Source of the DNA: an uncultured bacterium
GTDB taxonomy: Bacteria; Verrucomicrobiota; Verrucomicrobiia; Verrucomicrobiales; V1-33
Reading direction: 5' to 3'
DNA length: 64,000 nt
NCBI GenBank assembly: GCA_903954065.1
Contig: CAJBME010000131.1
Coordinates: 16,906-80,905, forward strand
A program made the translations under genes and the position numbers. Under the pieces are notes generated by a model that made no database searches, was not told the origin of the DNA, and saw nothing but the letters and a program-made list of their open reading frames with translations. Positions 34,461 to 44,194 of the stretch are shown piece after piece; positions within the stretch are counted from its first letter, which is position 1, and each line of letters starts with the position of its first letter.

Positions 34461-35072
34461 ATGAAGCTTTTCTCACTTACTGTCATTCGGGCCGCTCTGA
34501 CCCTCGCTCTCGCCACCACCCTGCCCGCTCAGGATGAACCACTCTCCCCAGAACAGGTGGAACAAGCACAAGAAGCGCAGGCCGAGGCCGCGGCAGAAAA
34601 ACTCGCCACCGTCAAAGAAAAGCTCAAATACTTCGCCTCCCACGTCGGCGAATGGGTCGGCACCGAAGAATACCAAATCATCCCGACCGACACCACCCTC
34701 ACCACCACCGACGAATGGAAAGGCCTCTTCTCGCTGGATGGCACCCACTTCGAAATGCACGGGCAAGGCGTCAGCGACGACGGCCCAACCAGTTATAAAT
34801 GGATCTGCTCATACGATCCCGAAGCGGAACTCTATCGCGCATGGTATTTCGACTCCGATGGCAATCACGAATTGTTCAAAATGGACTGGGATGAGGCCCG
34901 CAAAGTGCTGGTTTGGGTCTCGGCAGCCGATGACGATGAACGAGTTAGCACGTTTTTTATGAAGGTCGAAGGCAACGAGATCAAAGGAGAAGGCGCCACC
35001 ACCATCGCCGGTAGCAATGAACCCCTGATCAAACATACCATGACCTACAAGAAAAAACGCATCCGGATCTAG
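34461..35072 (+). CDS. Hypothetical secreted protein
   Basis: Start trimmed from 34395 to ATG 34461 (signal peptide MKLFSLTVIRAALTLALATTLPAQ). No catalytic motif recognised. Confidence 0.5.
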   Translation: MKLFSLTVIRAALTLALATTLPAQDEPLSPEQVEQAQEAQAEAAAEKLATVKEKLKYFASHVGEWVGTEEYQIIPTDTTLTTTDEWKGLFSLDGTHFEMHGQGVSDDGPTSYKWICSYDPEAELYRAWYFDSDGNHELFKMDWDEARKVLVWVSAADDDERVSTFFMKVEGNEIKGEGATTIAGSNEPLIKHTMTYKKKRIRI

Positions 35073-35189
35073 ACGAGCCCCCCTCCCCGCTCATCCCAGT
35101 TTTCCCTGACCCCTGCTTCTCATCCGCTGAAAACGCCCGCTCCCCGCACCCGCCCCTCCCGCACGCCCGCGACCGCCTCCACCTCACCC

Positions 35190-36371
35190 GTGGAGGAAGT
35201 CATCGCCGAACTCCGCGCCGGGCGACTGGTCATCGTCACCGATGACGAAAGCCGGGAGAACGAAGGCGATTTGATCGGCGTGGCCGAAACCATCACCCCA
35301 GAACAAGTCGCCTTCATGGCCCGCGAAGCCGCAGGCATGCTCTGCGTGTCCGTGTCAGCGGCCATCGCCCGACGCCTCGACCTTGAAAGTATGGTGCCGC
35401 GCAATCGCGAGGGATTCGGCACGGCCTTTACCGTCACGGTCGACGCCGCCGAGGGCATCACCACCGGCATCAGCGCCTCCGACCGAGCCCGAACCATCCG
35501 TCTGCTCGCCGCCACCACCACCACCCCGGCCGATTTTGTCAAACCAGGCCACATCAACCCCTTAATAGCCAAAGCCGGAGGAGTCCTCCGGCGCGCCGGC
35601 CACACCGAGGCCGCAGTCGATCTGGCCCGCCTCGCCGGTTTCCACGAAGCAGGCGTGCTCATCGAAATCATGAATCCCGACGGCAGCATGGCCCGCCTGC
35701 CCGATCTGAAAAAATTTGCCAAAAAACACCAACTCAAACGCTGCAGCATTGCGGATTTGATTGCTTGGCGCCGGGAGCGCGAAAAACTAGTGGAAAGAAT
35801 GGAATCGGTCGACATGCCGACTGATTATGGAACGTACAAGCTGCATTTATATCGTTCGACCCTCGAAGACATTCATCATGTGGCTCTGGTCATGGGTGAA
35901 CTAGATCCAGCGCGGCCGATTTTAGTCCGGGTGCACAGCGAGTGCCTGACCGGCGACATTTTTGCCTCAAGGCGGTGTGATTGCGGAACACAGCTGCATA
36001 CGGCCATGGAGCGAGTGGCCGCCGAAGGATCAGGCGTGATTCTGTACATGCGTGGCCACGAAGGCCGCGGTATCGGCCTGCACGGCAAAATTAAAGCGTA
36101 TAAATTGCAGGAACAGGGACTGGATACCGTCGAAGCAAACTTGAAACTCGGCTACCCGATGGATCTGCGCGATTACGGATTGGGGGCGCAAATTTTGTGC
36201 GATCTGGGCGTGCGTCAGATTCGATTGATGACCAACAATCCACGAAAAGTCGTAGCCTTAGAAGGGCACCAGCTCACCATCGTCGAACAAGTGCCGCTGA
36301 AATCCGTGCCCATACCGGAAAATGCGCGATACTTGGAAACCAAGAAGAAAAAAATGGGGCATTCTTTATAG
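35190..36371 (+). CDS. ribBA: Bifunctional 3,4-dihydroxy-2-butanone-4-phosphate synthase / GTP cyclohydrolase II
   Basis: GTG start. RibB blocks VIVTDDESRENEGDLI and RAGHTEAAVDLARLAG. RibA zinc motif VRVHSECLTGDIFASRRCDCG. Confidence 0.92.
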   Translation: MEEVIAELRAGRLVIVTDDESRENEGDLIGVAETITPEQVAFMAREAAGMLCVSVSAAIARRLDLESMVPRNREGFGTAFTVTVDAAEGITTGISASDRARTIRLLAATTTTPADFVKPGHINPLIAKAGGVLRRAGHTEAAVDLARLAGFHEAGVLIEIMNPDGSMARLPDLKKFAKKHQLKRCSIADLIAWRREREKLVERMESVDMPTDYGTYKLHLYRSTLEDIHHVALVMGELDPARPILVRVHSECLTGDIFASRRCDCGTQLHTAMERVAAEGSGVILYMRGHEGRGIGLHGKIKAYKLQEQGLDTVEANLKLGYPMDLRDYGLGAQILCDLGVRQIRLMTNNPRKVVALEGHQLTIVEQVPLKSVPIPENARYLETKKKKMGHSL

Positions 36372-36436
36372 CGGCGGCGCGCCCTAACCTCGCCCGTGAC
36401 CGCGCCCCGCCCCGGCCCCGACCCCGCCCACTTCCA

Positions 36437-37396
36437 ATGGACCACCAGACCATGACGACTCCACTCACGGTCCGGCCGCTCTATTATGACCGCCCGGGGG
36501 GTGGCCGCGCCCTCGAACGACTCTATGGACGTTCTCTTCCCGATGCCGTCACGCCCATTGGCGAATCATGGGAGATTGTCGACCGCGAGGACAGCCAAAG
36601 CGTAGTCGCCGCGGGCCCCCTCGCCGGGCTGACGCTCCATGAATTATGGAGGGATCACCGCCGTGAGGTCTTCGGCGAATCCGCGCTGGCTCACCCCAGC
36701 CCACGATTTCCGCTCCTCATCAAAATCCTCGATGCCGCGGATACGCTCTCCATCCAAGTCCACCCACCGGCATCCGTCGCCGCCCAGCTCGGAGGAGAAC
36801 CAAAAACAGAAATGTGGTTCATCGCCGAGGCCCAGCCCGATGCCGTCCTCTGGGTCGGCGTCACCCCCGATGTCGACCGCAACGCCTTCGAGCAGGCGCT
36901 CGCCAGCGGCACCGTGGCGGAAAAAATACCACGCCTCCCCGTGAAAACAGGCGATTCCATCTTCATCCCCAGCGGCCGACTCCACGCCATCGGGGCGGGC
37001 CTCGTCATTTTCGAGATCCAGCAAAACAGCGACACCACCTATCGCGTTTTCGACTGGAATCGCCCCGGCCTCGACGGCCGCCCCCGGGCCTTGCACGTCA
37101 CCGAGTCACTCGCCTGCATCGACTTCACCGACACCGCCCCCGCCCTGAACCCAGCCGGAACCACCACTCTAGCCAACTGCTCGCTGTTCCGGGTCGATCA
37201 CCAGCATCTGGCCCCCGGCACACCGTTTGACCCATCAGGCTTTCGCCTCGTCGGCGTCGTGACCGGCAGTCTGGAAATCGATACCGAAAGCCATGGACCA
37301 GGCACCTTCTGCCTGATCCCCGCTTCACGGGCCGCCGGTAACCGCCTCGTCGCCGGATCGAACGGAGTCAGTTTTCTTGAGATCAGCCTGCCATGA
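36437..37396 (+). CDS. manA: Class I mannose-6-phosphate isomerase (cupin type)
   Basis: GESWEIVD, FPLLIKILDAADTLSIQVHPP, KTEMWFI, IPSGRLHAIGAGLVIFEIQQNSDTTYRVFDWNR. Start trimmed from 36197 to ATG 36437. Confidence 0.8.
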   Translation: MDHQTMTTPLTVRPLYYDRPGGGRALERLYGRSLPDAVTPIGESWEIVDREDSQSVVAAGPLAGLTLHELWRDHRREVFGESALAHPSPRFPLLIKILDAADTLSIQVHPPASVAAQLGGEPKTEMWFIAEAQPDAVLWVGVTPDVDRNAFEQALASGTVAEKIPRLPVKTGDSIFIPSGRLHAIGAGLVIFEIQQNSDTTYRVFDWNRPGLDGRPRALHVTESLACIDFTDTAPALNPAGTTTLANCSLFRVDHQHLAPGTPFDPSGFRLVGVVTGSLEIDTESHGPGTFCLIPASRAAGNRLVAGSNGVSFLEISLP

Positions 37397-38478
37397 GCAG
37401 CGTGATTTCAGAGCCCGGGCCCCACATGGGGGCAGATCCGGCCCACGCGGCACTGGACTCGACACCCGCGGCCCCCCGCTCCAGCGCCGTCCTTTGCGGA
37501 CAATGCCATCGTGCCTACCTGTCTCCTACGGACCAACCCGCAGCTGTTATTGAATGCCCGCGATGTGGGGCCCAAGCGCGGCGAGACTCGCTCGTCTCGA
37601 GGGCGATGATCACCCTTCCAGCCGCCCTTCCGGGGGGCGGTCGGTCGCGTGCGGGCTGGTGGTGGATCGGGGCGCTAGCCTTGGCTGTGATTGTCCTTGG
37701 CGGCGTGGGGGCGGGTTTGTGGTGGCTGCAACCGGCCTCGATTCGCCCATGGCGGACCGCCCTCTCCGCCCCGGCCCCAGGAGCCGAAGAAGCAGAAACT
37801 CTGGCCGAGGCCGCCCTCACAGCCACCCGCATTCTAGCCAGCCCCGACCTCGATTCCGCACGCCCGCTGCTTCTGGATGCGGCACAGCTGACATCCCTCA
37901 TGGACCGGTACCACGCCCGTCATCCTTGGCAGCCAGTCACCCTGACGGGCGAGCCGCAGGGCTCCGTCACCCAAAATAATGATCGCCGTCTCGCCAGACT
38001 GGTCATGCGCACCAGCCACAATACCTATTTGACCCTCCTGCTGGAAGAAACGATTAATGGCTGGAAACTGGACTGGGAGGACTTGGTCAAGGCCCGCCAG
38101 TTCGCCTGGGAGGATTTCCATCAAAACCCTCCTGCTGAATCAGTCATGCTGCGCGTCGTCGCCCGGCGAGGGTCGGCCACCGAGGCTCATTTCAAAGGCA
38201 CCGGTTTCACCCCCGAAACTGCCGTCGTCGTGCGACTGGATGGCCCGCAATCAGGCATTCCCGCCCTAGCCGTGGTGGATAAAACCTCGGACCTCGGCCG
38301 CTTCCTCCAGCGCGATCTCACTTGGGAACAAGGACGCCCTTACCGCTGCGACCTGCGCATGGCCGACCCGTCGCTGACACCACCACGCGTCGACATCACC
38401 CGCTTCGTTGGCGAAGGATGGAACACGGAAAGCGAACGCGGCCTAGTTCGACGCCAGCCCACCCCCACCATTCCATGA
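37393..38478 (+). CDS. Hypothetical membrane protein with an N-terminal zinc-ribbon
   Basis: CGQCHRAY..(16 aa)..CPRCGAQ, then TM WWWIGALALAVIVLGGVGAGLWWL. ATGA overlap with manA. Confidence 0.5.
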   Translation: MSSVISEPGPHMGADPAHAALDSTPAAPRSSAVLCGQCHRAYLSPTDQPAAVIECPRCGAQARRDSLVSRAMITLPAALPGGGRSRAGWWWIGALALAVIVLGGVGAGLWWLQPASIRPWRTALSAPAPGAEEAETLAEAALTATRILASPDLDSARPLLLDAAQLTSLMDRYHARHPWQPVTLTGEPQGSVTQNNDRRLARLVMRTSHNTYLTLLLEETINGWKLDWEDLVKARQFAWEDFHQNPPAESVMLRVVARRGSATEAHFKGTGFTPETAVVVRLDGPQSGIPALAVVDKTSDLGRFLQRDLTWEQGRPYRCDLRMADPSLTPPRVDITRFVGEGWNTESERGLVRRQPTPTIP

Positions 38479-39140
38479 CTGAAGCTCTGATCTTTGATTT
38501 TGACGGCCTCATTGCCGATACCGAATCCGCCATTTATGAGGCATGGGCCGCCCTCTATCACTCGCAAGGAGAAACCCTCCACCTCAATGACTATGTCCAT
38601 TGCGTCGGCAGTACGTTCGGCCAGTTCGACCCCATGGCCGAACTAGAACGACGTCTAGGCCGCACCCTGGCTTGGGAACCGCTGCTGGAAGCCAAAGACG
38701 CCGTGATTCGAGCCGGCCACCAAGACCTGGCCCCACTGCCCGGAGTGCGCGAATTACTGGCCGAAGCCGCCGTAAAAAAAGTCCCCTGCGCCATCGCTTC
38801 CAGCTCGACCATCGACTGGATCAACCGCTGGCTGGCCACCTTTGAACTAGCACCCGCATTCCGCGCCGTGTGGACCCGCGACCGAGTCAAAGAAGCCAAA
38901 CCCTCACCCGAACTTTTTCTCGGCGCCGCTTCAGAACTCGGATTACCCCCAGCCTGCTGCGTCGTCCTCGAAGATTCCCGCAATGGCCTGCGGGCCGCCC
39001 AAAAGGCGGGCAGCCCATGCGTCATCGTTCCCAGCCCCGTCACCCTGGGCTCAGACTTCACCGGAGCCCATGGCATCCTCCCGTCACTGGCAGGAGTCAG
39101 TACCAACGAACTTCTTAACTATTTAAGATCTCCGAAGTAA
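38475..39140 (+). CDS. HAD-superfamily hydrolase (beta-phosphoglucomutase-like phosphatase)
   Basis: HAD motif I FDFDGLIADTE, motif II IASSS and motif III/IV K..VVLEDSRNG. Start trimmed from 38322 to ATG 38475 (ATGA overlap with the upstream stop). Confidence 0.8.
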   Translation: MTEALIFDFDGLIADTESAIYEAWAALYHSQGETLHLNDYVHCVGSTFGQFDPMAELERRLGRTLAWEPLLEAKDAVIRAGHQDLAPLPGVRELLAEAAVKKVPCAIASSSTIDWINRWLATFELAPAFRAVWTRDRVKEAKPSPELFLGAASELGLPPACCVVLEDSRNGLRAAQKAGSPCVIVPSPVTLGSDFTGAHGILPSLAGVSTNELLNYLRSPK

Positions 39141-39184
39141 CTACTGTTCTGAACATATTTCCCCGCCCCAAGGCAAAGCGTTTC

Positions 39185-39212
39185 TTGCCAAAACCGGGCC
39201 TTCTGGTAAAAT
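39185..39212 (+). promoter_or_regulatory. Candidate sigma70 promoter (TTGCCA-N16-TAAAAT, with TGg directly upstream of the -10)
   Basis: Read directly, 52 nt upstream of start 39264. Confidence 0.45.
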
Positions 39213-39263
39213 GGCCGTTCAGTTGCATCTCGAGCCGGCGGTGTTCCCCGGAGCGGATATTTC

Positions 39264-40967
39264 ATGATTGAGTCATTCAAGCGCTTCCGCTTGCAGAAAA
39301 AAGGCCTTTCCTGCGGCAAAAAACGCCGTGAGCGGGAAATGGGTTATTGTCGTGAGTTCTTGTGCACGAGTCCTGTCGTCATGGGTCTCTTGCTGGGCAT
39401 GGCTGGGCTCTTGTTTGGGTGGCTGGTCCTTTGGCGCCCAGCATTCGGGGTACCGCACGTCGACGAACCGGTCCGGGCGGTCGTCGTGATGGGACTGCTT
39501 TTTTTTGGAGCTATTCTGCAGTTTTCGCTCAGCCAGCCGGACAGTTTCCAGCAGAACAGCCGGCTTCTGTTGGTGCTTTCCCTGGTCGGGCTGCACCTCG
39601 GCCTGATGAAGGTGCTGCTTCTCGTGGTCGATGATTATTTTCTAGCCGGGCATTACCGCCTGCTGTTGATGCCACATGCGCTGGCTCCATTGGCTCTGAC
39701 CATCTTACTGGGGCGCGGCCATGGGATTTTTGCGACAATTTTTGTCGCGTTGTGGGGAACGCTGATGCTTCCGGAGACGTCGATGCTTTCTTGGCTGGTG
39801 AGCAGTTTGAGCACCGGACTGGTGGCGGTGGCGGCCGGCCGCCGCGCGCGGCGCCGTCAGCATGTGCTTCGCGCCGGCCTGCTGGTCGGTCTCACCGCCT
39901 TTGCCCTGGCCACACTCTTTGGCCATTTTGCCAGCCTCGAGGGATTCCAGTGGTTAAGTCGGGGCTCATGGCAGGGGCTGGTCGGGGAGGCGGCTTTTCT
40001 CATTGGCCTGAGCGTGGCCACCGCGATGGTCGTCAGCAGTTTACTCCCACTTCTCGAAGCGACCTTCAGGGTCACGACGGCCGGGTCATGGATTGAATTG
40101 GGCGATTTGAACCACCCACTGCTCCGGCGTTTGACCATCGAAGCCCCCGGCACCTACCATCACAGCCTGATGGTGGCCAACCTGGCCGAAACTGCCGCCG
40201 ACGTCATCGGAGCCGATGGCCTGCGCACCCGCGTCTGCGCCTATTTCCACGACATCGGAAAACTGAATAATCCAGAATACTTCATCGAAAACCAGCCGCA
40301 CGACCACAATCCGCATGATGCCATGACGCCGTCCATGAGCGCACTGGTCGTCATTTCCCACGTCAAAGACGGGGTGGATCTGGCTCTGCGCCACAAACTC
40401 AATCGAGAAGTGATCGATGTGATCGAACAACACCACGGCACCTCCCTCGCCCGGTTCTTTTATCAACGAGCCATGGCCAAAAGAGACCACTGGCGCGCCC
40501 TGGCCGACGAGGACAAAGCTCACGAAACCGATGTGCCAGAGGTCGAAGAAAGTACTTTCCGATACCCAGGCCCCCTGCCCCAAACCCGCGAAGCCGGGCT
40601 CATCTCGCTGGCCGATGCCATCGAAAGCGCCTCCCGCTCGCTGGAAAAACCTACCCCCGCCCGCATCGAAAATTTAGTCTCGGAAATCGTCGACAGCCGT
40701 CTCCTCGATGGCCAGCTGGACGAATGCCCGCTGACTCTGGGCGAACTGGGACTGGTCAAAGAAAGCTTTACTACCACCCTGCGCTCGATGCTCCACAAAC
40801 GTGTGAGCTACAGCAAAGCCGAACCCCCTGCCGGAGCCAGCGACGAGAAGGTGGGCCCAACGGGATCCAAAACAGCCACCCCCTCGTCGCGGACGAATGG
40901 CGGACGCCCGACTCGATTTGAAGTCATCCGCGGCGGTGAGGGCGGCGGGGGAGGGCGCGCCGCCTGA
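39264..40967 (+). CDS. 7TM-HD membrane phosphohydrolase (PgpH/YqfF-like)
   Basis: Multiple TM helices, then HD domain HHSLMVANLAETAA..CAYFHDIGKL..IEQHHG. Sits upstream of ybeY, as in many bacteria. Confidence 0.8.
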   Translation: MIESFKRFRLQKKGLSCGKKRREREMGYCREFLCTSPVVMGLLLGMAGLLFGWLVLWRPAFGVPHVDEPVRAVVVMGLLFFGAILQFSLSQPDSFQQNSRLLLVLSLVGLHLGLMKVLLLVVDDYFLAGHYRLLLMPHALAPLALTILLGRGHGIFATIFVALWGTLMLPETSMLSWLVSSLSTGLVAVAAGRRARRRQHVLRAGLLVGLTAFALATLFGHFASLEGFQWLSRGSWQGLVGEAAFLIGLSVATAMVVSSLLPLLEATFRVTTAGSWIELGDLNHPLLRRLTIEAPGTYHHSLMVANLAETAADVIGADGLRTRVCAYFHDIGKLNNPEYFIENQPHDHNPHDAMTPSMSALVVISHVKDGVDLALRHKLNREVIDVIEQHHGTSLARFFYQRAMAKRDHWRALADEDKAHETDVPEVEESTFRYPGPLPQTREAGLISLADAIESASRSLEKPTPARIENLVSEIVDSRLLDGQLDECPLTLGELGLVKESFTTTLRSMLHKRVSYSKAEPPAGASDEKVGPTGSKTATPSSRTNGGRPTRFEVIRGGEGGGGGRAA

Positions 40968-41488
40968 TGTCCCCAGCCTCGGAATCACCATTCGAAGAGT
41001 GGTCCCCGCTGTCAGACAGCCAGGAACGCCCGGAATTAAGCCTTCACGACCACGGTGAAAACGGGCTGACCGAGGCCAGTGACCTCGACGTTTTGCGCCA
41101 GCTTCTGGATGCGGCATGGCCCCACATCCTGGCCGCTCCCGGCGACGCCCCCACCGTGCTGCTCGCCCTGCCAGAAGTCGAAATCTCCTTGATGGATGAT
41201 GCCGCCATCACCGCCATCCACGGCGAGTTTCTCCAAGATCCCACCCCTACGGACGTGATCACTTTCCACCACGGCGAAATCCTCGTCAGCGTGGAAACCG
41301 CAGCCCGTGAAGCCGCTGCTCGACAGGCCCCATTCCTGCGCGAAACTGCCCTGTATATCATCCACGGCCTGCTGCACCTTCACGGCCACACTGACGCCGA
41401 ACCGGACGCCCGCACCTTCATGCACGCCGCTCAAGATCGAATTCTCGATACCGTCTGGCCCCCGGCATGGCCCACGTGGAACCACTGA
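40967..41488 (+). CDS. ybeY: rRNA maturation endoribonuclease YbeY
   Basis: Zinc motif IIHGLLHLHGHTD. TGATG overlap with the upstream gene. Confidence 0.85.
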   Translation: MSPASESPFEEWSPLSDSQERPELSLHDHGENGLTEASDLDVLRQLLDAAWPHILAAPGDAPTVLLALPEVEISLMDDAAITAIHGEFLQDPTPTDVITFHHGEILVSVETAAREAAARQAPFLRETALYIIHGLLHLHGHTDAEPDARTFMHAAQDRILDTVWPPAWPTWNH

Positions 41489-41560
41489 CGGCTCAGACTC
41501 CATCGCCGCTCTCAGGAATTTCTGGTGGCCACCCCGCCAGCTCCGGGCTATGCGAAAACC

Positions 41561-42175
41561 ATGACACCGCTGCTCCTCGCCACCCATAACACCCACAAAA
41601 CCGCCGAAGTGCGGGCCATCCTGGGGACGGCATTCACCGTATCCGACCTGACTTCCTGGCCGGATGCCCCCGAACCAGAAGAGACCGGCGCTACTTTCTC
41701 CGAAAATGCCGCCATCAAAGCCCTCGCCGCCTCAATACTGGCCGGCCCGGACACATGGGTTCTGGCCGATGACTCAGGATTGGAAGTCGACATCCTCGGT
41801 GGAGCCCCGGGTGTTTATTCCGCGCGCTACAGCGGCCGCCATGGAGACAATGCCGGACACCGCACCAAACTGCTCGCCGAGCTCGCCCTCCTCAATGCCC
41901 GCGGTCATGACCGCCGCGCACGGTTTCGCTGCGTCCTCGCTCTCGCCAAAGCCGGAAACATCGTCGCCGAATTCGAAGGATCCGTCGAAGGACACATCGC
42001 CCCCATGGAACGCGGCACCGGCGGATTTGGATACGATCCGCTCTTCATCCCAGACGGGGCCTGCGCCAGCTTTGGTGAACTGCCCGAAACCACCAAAAAT
42101 GAACTCAGCCACCGCGCGCGCGCCCTCGCCGCATTCTCCGCTTGGTGGCCAGCGTCCTCCCCAGGCTGCCCGTAA
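41561..42175 (+). CDS. rdgB: Non-canonical purine NTP pyrophosphatase (RdgB/HAM1 family)
   Basis: LLLATHNTHKTAEV, GFGYDPLFIP, ELSHRARAL. Start trimmed from GTG 41525 to ATG 41561. Confidence 0.85.
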   Translation: MTPLLLATHNTHKTAEVRAILGTAFTVSDLTSWPDAPEPEETGATFSENAAIKALAASILAGPDTWVLADDSGLEVDILGGAPGVYSARYSGRHGDNAGHRTKLLAELALLNARGHDRRARFRCVLALAKAGNIVAEFEGSVEGHIAPMERGTGGFGYDPLFIPDGACASFGELPETTKNELSHRARALAAFSAWWPASSPGCP

Positions 42176-42191
42176 GCAGCCAAAAAGCCGA

Positions 42192-42222
42192 CAAAAAAAG
42201 CCTAGGGCGCTGGCCCTAGGCT
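42192..42222 (-). terminator. Intrinsic terminator at the end of the minus-strand polysaccharide locus
   Basis: Stem agcctaggg / ccctaggct (42199-42222), loop 6 nt. On the minus strand it is followed by a T7 run (forward A-run 42192-42198). Confidence 0.55.
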
Positions 42223-42288
42223 AATGGTTGCAGTCAATGAATGAGAACGGGAAAGCCCGGCTTCATCGCCAAGCCACCCGCTATCACC

Positions 42289-42981
42289 TCACTCTGGGAC
42301 ATGGATAATGTCGCCGCCCTTGACGTAGACGACTTTCACAGGACGGCCTTTGACCGCATCCTTCATGTCGACGACTTCCGTCTGATACACATCACCGACC
42401 ACGCGGATGACGCGCACTTTGGAAGGGTTGGCAAACTCGCTGAACCCGCCTGCCTCGAGAATCGCTTCCAAAAGCGTGGTGGGTTTGTCGAAAACGCGGC
42501 GGCCCGGAGAATTGAGCTCGCCAGACAGAATGACTGCATCACTGCTGGTAACCAGCGTCACCATGACGGTTGGGTTCTGCAGTTGAGGCTTGTAGAGCTC
42601 TGAAATTTCCTGCTGCAACTGCGGCAGTGTTTTCCCCGACGCTGTCGTCTCGCCCAAGAAGGCCAGAGAGATCTTGCCGTCCGTGCGAATTTTCTGCGTG
42701 CTATTGTACTCGGGAGCCGCAGCAAAAACGACGTTGATCGCATCCCCCTCACGCAGAATCACCGGACTGCCAGCCGCCGCCCGCGAGACCGCGAGATCCA
42801 GCGAAGTAGAAGCTCCTTCATACGACTGACAGGCGCCGACCAACAAGGCCGTGACCGCAAGCAGCAAAGCCGGCAGGCTGGAACCAGCCCACCCACGACA
42901 CACCGCCCATGCAGTACGCCGCTGAAATTGAGGAACAGAGTGGGGAACAGACGGAGTGAAATCGTCACTGATGCGTTTCAT
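42289..42981 (-). CDS. Polysaccharide export protein (Wza-like; Poly_export + SLBB)
   Basis: LREGDAINVVF..IRTDGKISLAFLGETTASGKTLPQLQQEI, and the C-terminal SLBB-like VKGGDIIHVPE. Start trimmed to ATG 42981. Confidence 0.8.
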   Translation of the reverse strand: MKRISDDFTPSVPHSVPQFQRRTAWAVCRGWAGSSLPALLLAVTALLVGACQSYEGASTSLDLAVSRAAAGSPVILREGDAINVVFAAAPEYNSTQKIRTDGKISLAFLGETTASGKTLPQLQQEISELYKPQLQNPTVMVTLVTSSDAVILSGELNSPGRRVFDKPTTLLEAILEAGGFSEFANPSKVRVIRVVGDVYQTEVVDMKDAVKGRPVKVVYVKGGDIIHVPE

Positions 42982-43071
42982 ATGCGGTGATGGTGGGGAC
43001 GGTAGAGGAAAGGATAAAAAGCGGAATGGCAAGGACGTAATGGCCCCATAAATGAGAAAACCGGTAATAAG

Positions 43072-44103
43072 CTACGAAGCAAGCGACTTTATAGCCGGTT
43101 TCTCACCCCGCGTCACCGAAGAGGGTGGCGACTGGCCATCCATCTTGCGGAGCTCACCTCGACGCAAAAGCCACAAAAGGAGAAATAACGGACCCAGCGA
43201 AAGGGCAAAAAAGATAGGCCCGCCCCGATGGTGGATAAAACTATGAATCATGTGCGGCCCCACCTCGACACACAACCAGCTGATGACAAGAATTCTGAAT
43301 CCATTGCGCAACACTCCCAGCGGAATGATCAGGGCCACCAGAATCAACCGCCTCCAAGAGCTCCGAAGAAACATCTCCGCCGCCACCAGACTGGTAATAA
43401 AAAGAATCCAACTCGAACGAATACCGCTACATTCCTCCGCCACTTCAATCGTAATCGTGGGTAGCCTGAAAAAATTGCCACTCCGCACATTCGGTAGTCC
43501 TGTCAGGCTGAACATCCAGTCAGCCACCTGCGCCGAGGCCAGCTGCGAGCCGGTTTCCATCAAATGGACCAGCCCGTCCGGCAAAGGAACCATAAACAGC
43601 AAAAACAAGACCGGAAACGCTGCCGACGCCATCCAGCCACGGCCTAAAAAGACGAAACCTGCCACCATCAACAGGGCCACATAGGCCATCGCATAACAAG
43701 CCAGCCGATCATTTAAACTCAGCGGGGAGGCCAGAGGAATTAACTTCCACACCACCCCAAGAGCCAGTACGCCCAGAGCCAGCGGCACCAATGCCCAGAC
43801 GGGCGAAGAGCTATACTGCGTGGCCAGCGAGCGATAACGCAAGGCCAGCAAATACACCGAAACCACAGGGATAAGAACAATATGCGAATGCATGTCGACC
43901 CCGGCGGAATACTTCATCAACGCCACCAAGGGTTTGATAAAAACAACGGTCAACAAGCCAATAAAACCCAGCAGCCACACCAAACGCGTGCGCTGCCCAC
44001 CAGCCATGCCATGCCACTCCTCACTGAGACGCGCCCAAAACGATGATTTCGAACGCGCCGAGGAACGAGTCGAGGCGGCGGGAGGAGAGGGCGTTGAACT
44101 CAT
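43072..44103 (-). CDS. Exosortase (EpsH/Xrt family transpeptidase)
   Basis: Polytopic (about 8 TM). Catalytic-Cys block VAEECSGIRS, with downstream conserved R and H regions (LRNGFRILVISW, FIHHRGG). Start trimmed to ATG 44103. Confidence 0.8.
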   Translation of the reverse strand: MSSTPSPPAASTRSSARSKSSFWARLSEEWHGMAGGQRTRLVWLLGFIGLLTVVFIKPLVALMKYSAGVDMHSHIVLIPVVSVYLLALRYRSLATQYSSSPVWALVPLALGVLALGVVWKLIPLASPLSLNDRLACYAMAYVALLMVAGFVFLGRGWMASAAFPVLFLLFMVPLPDGLVHLMETGSQLASAQVADWMFSLTGLPNVRSGNFFRLPTITIEVAEECSGIRSSWILFITSLVAAEMFLRSSWRRLILVALIIPLGVLRNGFRILVISWLCVEVGPHMIHSFIHHRGGPIFFALSLGPLFLLLWLLRRGELRKMDGQSPPSSVTRGEKPAIKSLAS

Positions 44104-44194
44104 ATGAACAAATAAATTAATAAAAGGTGAGATCGGCGAGTAGCGCAATCACCGGAGCAGCACCACTCGGTTTGTACCGCTGACGCTTTGGTCC

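Noticed and set aside
35073-35189. An FMN (RFN) riboswitch was expected upstream of ribBA.
   Set aside because: The 117-nt leader is C-rich and lacks the conserved RFN helices and motifs that I can recognise. This should be confirmed with Infernal/Rfam RF00050.
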